DNA of 64,000 nucleotides from a bacterium. GTDB lineage: Bacteria > Fidelibacterota > Fidelibacteria > Fidelibacterales > Fidelibacteraceae. Numbering within the stretch: the stretch's first letter is position 1; every line of letters starts with the position of its first letter. The stretch covers positions 1,600,001 through 1,664,000 of the forward strand of contig OY781066.1 of assembly GCA_963676395.1 (NCBI GenBank), given 5' to 3'. A program made the translations under genes and the position numbers. Of this stretch, positions 56,471-64,000 are shown in pieces. Below the pieces are notes generated by a model. The model made no database searches and was not told where the DNA came from. It saw nothing but the letters and a program-made list of their open reading frames with translations.

Positions 56471-58186
56471 TTATATGGATTCGCGTTTGAAATAATGTGT
56501 GTGAAGAAGTTCATGTGCTTTATGTGCGCCCGGTTTTCCAAGGAATGTTTCATAAAGTTTTTGAACCGATTCATTGTGATGTGAGCAACGTTTTGGCAAA
56601 GAACGGTCAACTTCGTAAATAGCTTCCATTCTTTTTTTCATTTTCTCAGGACTCTGAGGAAGTGGCTGACCACCACCGTTGATACAACCACCGGGGCAAG
56701 CCATGACTTCGATAAAGTGATAGTCTGATTTACCGTTTTTAACTTCTTCAAGGAATTTATCAATATTGCGTAGACCTGAAACGGCAGCGATCTTTAGTGT
56801 AGCGTTTCCGACTTTGATAGATGATTCTTTAACACCTTCAAGTCCACGAACGGCTGTAAAGTCAATGCGCTCCATATCTTTACCTGTGATCATGTGATGA
56901 GCGGTACGAAGTGCAGCTTCCATCACACCACCTGATGCACCAAAGATAGCACCGGCACCGGTTGATTCACCCAAAGGATCATCAAAGTTTTCTTCCGGCA
57001 TGCGTGTAAAGTCGATACCTGCAATTTTCATCATGCGACCAAATTCGCGGGTAGACAGAACGACATCAACATCGGGCGCTTTATGTGTGACTGAAAGTTC
57101 AGGGCGACCGGCTTCAAACTTCTTGGCAGTACAGGGCATAATTGAAAGAACAAAGATCTTTTCGGGATCGATACCAACTTTTTGAGCATAGTATGATTTG
57201 ATCAATGCGCCCTGCATACCTTGAGGTGATTTACAGGTAGAGATATTCTCAAATACTTCAGGATAGAAGTGTTCAACATATTTAACCCAACCGGGTGAAC
57301 AAGAAGTAAAGAGAGGAAGTTTACCGCCATTTTGTATGCGTTCGATCAATTCATTCGCTTCTTCCCAAATGGTCAAGTCAGCGGCAAAGTTTGTATCGAA
57401 AACTTCATCTACACCCATTCTGCGAAGAGCAGCAGGGATCTTACCGGTTGAAATAGTGCCCGGTGCCATACCGAATTCTTCTCCGATAGCAACACGAACG
57501 GCGGGAGCGACCTGAGCAACAACATGTGTTTCAGGATCATTAATAGCTTCCCATGCTTGTTTTAGATATGATTTTTCACGAAGCGCACCAACGGGGCATG
57601 CTGTGATACATTGACCACAATATACGCAAGCGGTGGTATTCAATGAGCGATCCATAGCCGGAGCTACATTTGAGTAGAAACCGCGATCAACAAAATCAAT
57701 AGCACCAACGTTTTGGACTTCGTGGCACATGCGCACGCAGCGTCCACAGAGAATGCATTTATCGGGATCACGTTCAACGGCTGGAGAGGCAAGATCAAGT
57801 TTTCCGCTTCTTTTTTCACCAACGTAGCGGTAGGAACGTACACCGTATTCAGCTGCAAGGTCTTGCAAGTCACAGTTACCGTTACGTACACAAACCAAAC
57901 AATCTTGAGGATGGTTAGCGATCAATAATTCGATGATCGATTTACGTGCACGGCGAACTTTTTTAGAATTTGTAAGTACTTCCATACCTTCGTGAACAGG
58001 GTAAGCACATGAGGGAACCATGTGTCCGTTACCAAGCTCAACGATACATACACGGCAAGCGCCTGTAGGAGTGAGGTCGGCAATGTAACAGAGTGTAGGG
58101 ATCTTAATACCCTCACGATTTGCCACCTGAAGGATGGTTTCGCCCGGGTTTGCCCAATATGAATTATTATTTATTGTAATGTTCAT
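56471..58186 (-). CDS. hydA: [FeFe]-hydrogenase catalytic subunit, group A (HydA/HndD-like)
   Basis: TSCSPGW, MPCTAKKFE, EVMACPGGCINGGGQP; N-terminal 2Fe-2S and 4Fe-4S motifs. Confidence 0.96.
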   Translation of the reverse strand: MNITINNNSYWANPGETILQVANREGIKIPTLCYIADLTPTGACRVCIVELGNGHMVPSCAYPVHEGMEVLTNSKKVRRARKSIIELLIANHPQDCLVCVRNGNCDLQDLAAEYGVRSYRYVGEKRSGKLDLASPAVERDPDKCILCGRCVRMCHEVQNVGAIDFVDRGFYSNVAPAMDRSLNTTACVYCGQCITACPVGALREKSYLKQAWEAINDPETHVVAQVAPAVRVAIGEEFGMAPGTISTGKIPAALRRMGVDEVFDTNFAADLTIWEEANELIERIQNGGKLPLFTSCSPGWVKYVEHFYPEVFENISTCKSPQGMQGALIKSYYAQKVGIDPEKIFVLSIMPCTAKKFEAGRPELSVTHKAPDVDVVLSTREFGRMMKIAGIDFTRMPEENFDDPLGESTGAGAIFGASGGVMEAALRTAHHMITGKDMERIDFTAVRGLEGVKESSIKVGNATLKIAAVSGLRNIDKFLEEVKNGKSDYHFIEVMACPGGCINGGGQPLPQSPEKMKKRMEAIYEVDRSLPKRCSHHNESVQKLYETFLGKPGAHKAHELLHTHYFKRESI

Positions 58187-58204
58187 GTTTTCCTCTTTCC
58201 TTTC

Positions 58205-60184
58205 TTATTCCGCTTTAATAGCGTCGAAACGACAGTTGAGTTCACATTGGCCACAATGTGTACAGGCATCCTGATCGATGAAGTGAACACCTTTGCGTTC
58301 ACCGCTGATACAATTTACCGGACATTTTTGTGCACAGAGTGTACAACCGATACATTTTTCTTCATCAATCGTATAAGTAAGCATCTGACGGCAAGCCTTA
58401 GCCGGGCAAGTACGATCGTAAAGGTGAGCTTCATATTCATCACGGAAATAGCGAAGAGTAGAGATCACTGGATTCGCTGCTGTTTGGCCAAGTCCGCAAA
58501 GAGACGTGTCTTTGATCACATCAGCAAGACGCTCAAGGTAAAGCATACCTTGGAAACGCATGAGTGAATCGATCTCAGTTTCTTCTTCGCGGTATGACTT
58601 GGTGATTCTTTCAAGTATTTCAAGAAGTCTTTTAGTACCTTCACGACAAGGAATACATTTACCACATGATTCTGAGGTAATGAATTGCATGAAGTATTTT
58701 GCGAGGTCAACCATACAAGTTGATTCGTCCATCACAACCAAGCCACCGGAGCCCATCATGGCGCCGATCTCTTTCAATGATTCGTAATCAATTTCTGTAT
58801 CAAGGAATTGTTCAGGAAGAGCCCCGCCAGAAGGACCGCCAATCTGAACGGCTTTAAAATTTTTGCCATCGGGAATACCACCACCGCAACCGAAAATGAT
58901 ATCGCGGATAGTTGTACCCATAGGAACTTCAACCAAACCGGTATTCACAACTTTTCCGGAGAGAGCGAAAACCTTTGTGCCTTTTGAAGATTCGGTTCCG
59001 ACACCTGCGTACCAATCAGCACCTTTGCAAAAGATGACAGGGACGTTTGAGAAAGTTTCAACATTGTTGATGATCGTCGGTTTTCCGAAAAGTCCGGAAA
59101 CAGCAGGGAAAGGTGGGCGAGGTCTTGGCATGCCTCGTTTACCTTCGATAGAGTGGATAAGAGCGGTTTCTTCACCACAAACAAAAGCGCCGGCACCTTT
59201 TTTTATCTTTAGTTCAAAAGTAAAGCCACTGTTAAGAATGTTTTTACCAAGAAGGCCATAAGCTGTTGCATCTGCAATCGTTTTTTCTAAACGTTCGATA
59301 GCGAGCGGATATTCTGCACGGCAGTAAACATAACCTTTTGAAGCGCCAATGGCGTATGCGGCAATGATCATACCTTCAACAAGACGATGAGGGTCACCTT
59401 CAAGAACGGCACGGTCCATAAATGCACCGGGATCGCCTTCGTCAGCATTACAGATAAGATATTTTTGTTCTTTATCTTGGTTGTAGGCAAATTCCCATTT
59501 TTTACCTGTTAGGAATCCACCGCCCCCGCGACCGCGGAGACCTGATTTTTTAGTATCTTCGATAACATCGAAGGGAGATTTATCTTTCAGTACGCTTGAA
59601 AGTGCTTCGTATCCACCACGTGCTAGATATTGGTCAATGTTTTCAGGATCGATAACTCCGCAATTATCAAGAACGACTTTTTCCTGGATCTTAAAGAAAG
59701 GAATGTCTTTAAGCATTGGGATGTCGGCCCAGATAGAATCATCGGAGTGAGGATATTTACCAAGAGCTTTTTGAATAACCGGCTCTTTGTTCACAATGGT
59801 GCGTTCGATAATGGTATCAACATTTTCAGGTGTTACGCGTTTGTAAGAGATGCGAGGAAAACCGGGGACTTTAACATCCACGATCACTTCTTCGGCACAG
59901 AAACCAACGCAACCGACCTGAGTTAATACGGCATCAATTTCATATTTTTTTAATTCCTGTACGAACATGTCATAAACGGCCTGTGCGCCATTGGCAAGGC
60001 CGCAAGTACCCATACCTACCATGATAACGGGTTTCTCTGCGTTCTCTAAAGAGATCTTTGCTTTTAATTCTGTGATGCTTTCAGGTGTAATACCTTCTTT
60101 GCTTGCATCGTATTTACCACCGATCAATTCAACGAAATTTTCGGCGGGTACTTTTGTCGATAAAATGTCTTTAAATGTATTCAT
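58205..60184 (-). CDS. NADH-binding NuoF-like subunit (HydB/HndC)
   Basis: SGLRGRGGGGF, CNADEGDPGAFMDR, FVCGEETAL, ESCGKCIPCREG, C-terminal 2x[4Fe-4S]; N-terminal Trx-like 2Fe-2S. Confidence 0.94.
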   Translation of the reverse strand: MNTFKDILSTKVPAENFVELIGGKYDASKEGITPESITELKAKISLENAEKPVIMVGMGTCGLANGAQAVYDMFVQELKKYEIDAVLTQVGCVGFCAEEVIVDVKVPGFPRISYKRVTPENVDTIIERTIVNKEPVIQKALGKYPHSDDSIWADIPMLKDIPFFKIQEKVVLDNCGVIDPENIDQYLARGGYEALSSVLKDKSPFDVIEDTKKSGLRGRGGGGFLTGKKWEFAYNQDKEQKYLICNADEGDPGAFMDRAVLEGDPHRLVEGMIIAAYAIGASKGYVYCRAEYPLAIERLEKTIADATAYGLLGKNILNSGFTFELKIKKGAGAFVCGEETALIHSIEGKRGMPRPRPPFPAVSGLFGKPTIINNVETFSNVPVIFCKGADWYAGVGTESSKGTKVFALSGKVVNTGLVEVPMGTTIRDIIFGCGGGIPDGKNFKAVQIGGPSGGALPEQFLDTEIDYESLKEIGAMMGSGGLVVMDESTCMVDLAKYFMQFITSESCGKCIPCREGTKRLLEILERITKSYREEETEIDSLMRFQGMLYLERLADVIKDTSLCGLGQTAANPVISTLRYFRDEYEAHLYDRTCPAKACRQMLTYTIDEEKCIGCTLCAQKCPVNCISGERKGVHFIDQDACTHCGQCELNCRFDAIKAE

Positions 60185-60195
60185 CTTTTACCTGC

Positions 60196-60651
60196 CTAGT
60201 CTTTCTTTTGATATTCTTTGATGAGCTTGTGAACGGACTTTGATGTCAATCCGCCATAATACTTATCATCGATCACAATAACCGGAGCGATAGAACACGC
60301 ACCGATACATGCAACGGTTTCAATTGTGAATTTCAAATCTTTGGTTGTTTCACCGGCTTCGATACCCAATTCGCTTTCCAGGATATTCAAGATATCCAAA
60401 GAGCCTTTCACGTGACAAGCCGTACCACGACATACGCGGATAACATGCTTGCCGAGAGGAGTAAGGCGGAACTGGTTGTAGAAGGTTGCAACACCGTAAA
60501 CACGGCTGGTAGGTACACCCAAATGACGAGCGACCCGGACAATGTCATCTTCCGGCAAATAGCCGTGAATACCTTGAACATCCTGTAACATGGCGATCAT
60601 GTTTTCGGGCATGTTCTTGGGGTATTTTTTGTAGATCTCTTCTGACTTCAT
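60196..60651 (-). CDS. NuoE-like 2Fe-2S subunit (HydC/HndA)
   Basis: GVATFY, VCRGTACH, CIGAC. Confidence 0.94.
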   Translation of the reverse strand: MKSEEIYKKYPKNMPENMIAMLQDVQGIHGYLPEDDIVRVARHLGVPTSRVYGVATFYNQFRLTPLGKHVIRVCRGTACHVKGSLDILNILESELGIEAGETTKDLKFTIETVACIGACSIAPVIVIDDKYYGGLTSKSVHKLIKEYQKKD

Positions 60652-61157
60652 TTAACTCCCTTTAATGTGGTAATTTTACCCTTTTCCAGTCGATTATAAT
60701 TAATAGAGTTCCAGAAAACAAGTAAAATCGAAAATAAATATACTTTTTTTCACATAAAGGAATTTGTCTAAAAATGTGCCTTGAATCGCACTTCATAAAT
60801 TTACATAAAATACCTGACACCATATTTTTATTTTAATATAGTGAAATAGGGGAGAGCAAAATAAGTATTGCGTTTCTAGAGAACCAATATGATAGTAAAA
60901 ATCATAATAGTAAATCGGGTCATCATTACAATATTTTCGAGCTGATATTTGGAAGTATCAAGTCGGTGTTGCGAATAAATAATATCCCATTTTAATGGCA
61001 TTCGCGATTTCATGCGCAAGAAAACAATGCTTGAATTGGAGATTAAAAAATGATGTAAATAATAATCCATTAAAATAAGGCAAATGGAAGTGTTATCCTT
61101 GATTATTGCAATCAATTTCATTATTCTACTAAGTTATTACAAAACTAGGAGAAAACT

Positions 61158-61493
61158 ATGCTTTCTATCATGTTACAGGCAGCAAATGCTGCTGCTGAAG
61201 GAGCTCCCGCCGGTGGTGGCTTGATGAGTTTCTTACCTTTTATTCTGATTATCGTTGTTCTTTGGTTCCTGATGATCATGCCTCAACGCAAGCGTCAGAA
61301 AGAAACTCAAAAAATGTTGAATGAATTACAACCAAAAGAAAAAGTTGTCACTATTGGCGGTATTCTTGGTACAGTTGTTAAAGTTAAAAGCGATTCTGTT
61401 GTATTGAAAATCGGAAAAGAAACCGAATTGGAAGTTCGTAAGAATGCTATTGCTTCAAAAATAGCTGATGAGAAAAAAGAAGAAAAGAAATAA
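61158..61493 (+). CDS. yajC: Preprotein translocase subunit YajC
   Basis: FLMIMPQRKRQK..VVTIGGILG. Confidence 0.95.
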   Translation: MLSIMLQAANAAAEGAPAGGGLMSFLPFILIIVVLWFLMIMPQRKRQKETQKMLNELQPKEKVVTIGGILGTVVKVKSDSVVLKIGKETELEVRKNAIASKIADEKKEEKK

Positions 61494-61505
61494 GATTGTA
61501 ATAAG

Positions 61506-61538
61506 AAGCCCGTTCTCACCGGACGGGCTTTTTTCTTT
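61506..61538 (+). terminator. Intrinsic terminator after yajC
   Basis: AAGCCCGT...ACGGGCTTTTTTCTTT. Confidence 0.75.
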
Positions 61539-61540
61539 GG

Positions 61541-62062
61541 GTGAATAAAATGATCATGGATATTAAAACATATGGTGATCCAGTCCTTCGCGGTAAAGTT
61601 GAGCCACTTGAATCCCCACTTTCGGCACTACCTTTTATAAAGGATATGATCGAAACAATGTATGATGACGATGGTATTGGTTTATCTGCCAATCAAGTTG
61701 GTTTACGCATGCGTTTTTTTGTCATTGGAATGAATGCATTTGAAGACGGTCGTGGTGATTCGGTGTTTATAAATCCCGAGATCATTGAATTTTCAGAAGA
61801 AGAAAGCGGTTACGAAGAAGGTTGCCTCTCGGTTCCCGGAATTCGTGATACTGTGTTTCGTCCTCATACCATCAAGGTTAAGTATCTTGATGAACGAGGG
61901 ATTGAACATGAAGAAGAGCTGACCGATCTGGCAGCTCGCGTGTTTCAGCATGAATATGATCATTTGGACGGTGTTTTTTTTGTTGAACGTTTGTCTTCAG
62001 TCAGATTGGCGCGGCATAAACGGAAGCTGAAAGCCATTTTGGAAAAGCATCAGGATAAATAA
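61541..62062 (+). CDS. def: Peptide deformylase
   Basis: GIGLSANQ, EEGCLS, QHEYDHLDG. Confidence 0.96.
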   Translation: MNKMIMDIKTYGDPVLRGKVEPLESPLSALPFIKDMIETMYDDDGIGLSANQVGLRMRFFVIGMNAFEDGRGDSVFINPEIIEFSEEESGYEEGCLSVPGIRDTVFRPHTIKVKYLDERGIEHEEELTDLAARVFQHEYDHLDGVFFVERLSSVRLARHKRKLKAILEKHQDK

Positions 62063-62214
62063 AACAATCAGATAAAGAATAAATATTTCCGGTTAATAGT
62101 ACATTTTAACATAGAAGCTTTGCCAATGATGAATGATGAATTATTTGGTTCTGCTCTATATTCTTTTTACTTTAATCTTTGATCATGAAAACAGGTTATC
62201 ATATAGGATAAAGA

Positions 62215-63129
62215 ATGAAAATAGTATTTATGGGCACTCCCGAATTTGCGGTTCCGTCTTTAGAAAAATTGTATGCATCCGAACATGAAGTTTGTACCGT
62301 TGTGACTGTTCCGGATAAGCCAAAGGGCAGGGGACAAACAATGTCGATGTCTGATGTTAAGAAAAAGGCACTTGAGTTCGGATTACCGGTATTGCAGCCG
62401 ACTAAATTAAAAGATCCTGAATTTGTTGATGCTCTCAAACAATACAATGCCGATATATTTATTGTTGTAGCTTTCCGTATCCTCCCACCGGCTGTCTATG
62501 AACTTCCGCAATTTGGAGCGGTTAATGCTCATGCATCGCTTTTGCCCAAATACCGCGGAGCGGCTCCCATACATTGGGCGGTATATCATGGAGAAAAAGA
62601 GACCGGAGTTACGGTGTTTCAAATAGATAAAAAAGTTGATACCGGTCAAATAATCCTGCAACGTAAAACGCCTATCGGAGAAAATGAAACGACAGGTGAG
62701 CTTTATGACAGACTAATGTATATTGCTGCGGACTCACTTCTTGAAGCGGTTGATCAGTTGGAAAATGATCGTGTTGAATATATTCAACAGAATGATTCGC
62801 TGGCTACTCCGGCACCCAAAGTCCATCCTGATACGGGTAAGCTTGATTTTAGCAAGAATGGTAAAGCGCTTTGCCAAGCGGTACGCGCTTTTAATCCATG
62901 GCCGGGTGCTTACACTTTTATTAATGATCAACGTGTTAAAATATACACAGCTGATTTTGAGTTACATTCCAATACAGAACCCGGAAAGATCGAAGTATTA
63001 TCTAAAAAACAATTCGCTATTCATTGTGCTGACGGATATTTCCTGCCAAAAGAATTGCAATCTCCCGGACGAAAGAGAATGGGAGTTGTGGATTGGATGA
63101 ATGGTAACGAGCTTTATTCTAAAGATTAA
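62215..63129 (+). CDS. fmt: Methionyl-tRNA formyltransferase
   Basis: FMGTPEFAV, HASLLPKYRGAAPI, RAFNPWPG. Confidence 0.96.
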   Translation: MKIVFMGTPEFAVPSLEKLYASEHEVCTVVTVPDKPKGRGQTMSMSDVKKKALEFGLPVLQPTKLKDPEFVDALKQYNADIFIVVAFRILPPAVYELPQFGAVNAHASLLPKYRGAAPIHWAVYHGEKETGVTVFQIDKKVDTGQIILQRKTPIGENETTGELYDRLMYIAADSLLEAVDQLENDRVEYIQQNDSLATPAPKVHPDTGKLDFSKNGKALCQAVRAFNPWPGAYTFINDQRVKIYTADFELHSNTEPGKIEVLSKKQFAIHCADGYFLPKELQSPGRKRMGVVDWMNGNELYSKD

Positions 63130-63338
63130 ATATAAATTGAAAAGATAATATTAGAGGTGGACCTATTAATCCACCTTTTTTGCTTATTATTTAAAAAGAC
63201 TGGCTTGAGCCGGATTTGTAAATCAGAGAAACATTATTTGCGATCTAGGGGCCTGCCTGCTTATTAATATATTTATTGACTGATCATCGTTTTGAAAAGA
63301 CGCAGGAAGTTATGTTTCAATAAGTCCCCTGGATTATT

Positions 63339-64000
63339 TTAAAAAAGTCCTTCTAAAAATTCTTCGACCGTTACATTTAAAAAATAATTTTCTAAACCGA
63401 GCTCATTGAGTTTTGTTCTAAGGATATCTTTTTCGTGTGGAAGCCCCTTTAGAATATTTTCAAGTTCAGTTATATCTTTTATATTGAAGAAATCACCAAA
63501 GATCTTTGCTTTCTCGATTTTACCGCTGACGACCTGTAGGTCAATCTCAATATGTCCGCCTCCGGTTTTTATCCCTTTTTGGAAGTTGTATTGAGGAGAT
63601 GTGCCAAAATTCCAATCCCAGGTACCGTATTTTTCATCAACCAGTTTTTGAATAGCCGTGTTGTCTTCACTCGTCAACTCATAGAAAGTGGTGTCTTCGT
63701 ACATTGAACTGACATGCTTTATGATACGTTCTTCAAATTCTTGCAAGCTAATCGCTGTGGGAAGATGCTCTGAAATATTTGTTACTCTGGCTCTTACGGA
63801 TTTTACGGCTTTATCTTGAAATTTTAAGGGATTCACTTTTAAGGCTGAAGATAGGTCCGGCAGTTTTGAGCTGAAGAGAAGTGTACCGTGTTGTAAGATT
63901 TTATCTTTATAGAAATGTTTGGCGTTTCCTGAGAATTTCTTGCCTGAAATGGTTAGATCATTGCGGCCTTCAAATATGGCATTGACTCCCAGTTTTCTTA
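63339..64000 (-). CDS. lplA: Lipoate-protein ligase A, 5'-truncated by the window end
   Basis: GRNDLTISGKKFSGNA, HGTLLF, KSVRARVTNI, WDWNFG, IFGDFF. Confidence 0.93.
   Translation of the reverse strand, partial: RKLGVNAIFEGRNDLTISGKKFSGNAKHFYKDKILQHGTLLFSSKLPDLSSALKVNPLKFQDKAVKSVRARVTNISEHLPTAISLQEFEERIIKHVSSMYEDTTFYELTSEDNTAIQKLVDEKYGTWDWNFGTSPQYNFQKGIKTGGGHIEIDLQVVSGKIEKAKIFGDFFNIKDITELENILKGLPHEKDILRTKLNELGLENYFLNVTVEEFLEGLF

Noticed and set aside
60700..60830. Rex operator upstream of the hydrogenase operon
   Set aside because: No adequate match to TTGTGAA-N4-TTCACAA.
60876..61121. 81-aa - strand ORF between the hydrogenase operon and yajC
   Set aside because: No recognisable motif or SD; lies in an AT-rich divergent promoter region.

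Overview
AT-rich bacterial chromosome segment. It is probably an anaerobic FCB-group organism, Marinimicrobia-like (an inference from the YPNPFN/FlgD-Ig sorting-domain proteins, a PorV/PorQ-like barrel, Shine-Dalgarno-led genes and a [FeFe]-hydrogenase). Housekeeping genes include hup, rpmE-DUF1385-prfA-prmC-tadA, nth, tRNA-Asp, glgB, yajC-def-fmt and lplA. Also present are a HydABC-type [FeFe]-hydrogenase operon with hydG, an ohr-gpx-ohrR operon, an SDR + ERG4/ERG24 sterol-reductase-like pair, and five tandem long-chain acyl-CoA synthetase paralogs. The strongest unexpected signal is apparent ATC (AUC) translation initiation. The three middle acyl-CoA synthetase paralogs and an unrelated secreted Cys/His peptidase-like gene each have a good Shine-Dalgarno followed by ATC where homology or a signal peptide places the start. 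Other notable items: a 1035-bp IS256-like element inserted into a near-identical copy of itself (both 8-bp target duplications visible), a transposase with no in-frame ATG for its Zn-finger N-terminus, a possible Na+-riboswitch-like RNA, an exact 24-bp inverted repeat bracketing a TetR gene, a perfect heptamer tandem array, a tRNA-3'-end duplication flanking an accessory gene, and a decayed GxxExxY cassette. All family assignments come from motif recognition by eye; no searches were run.
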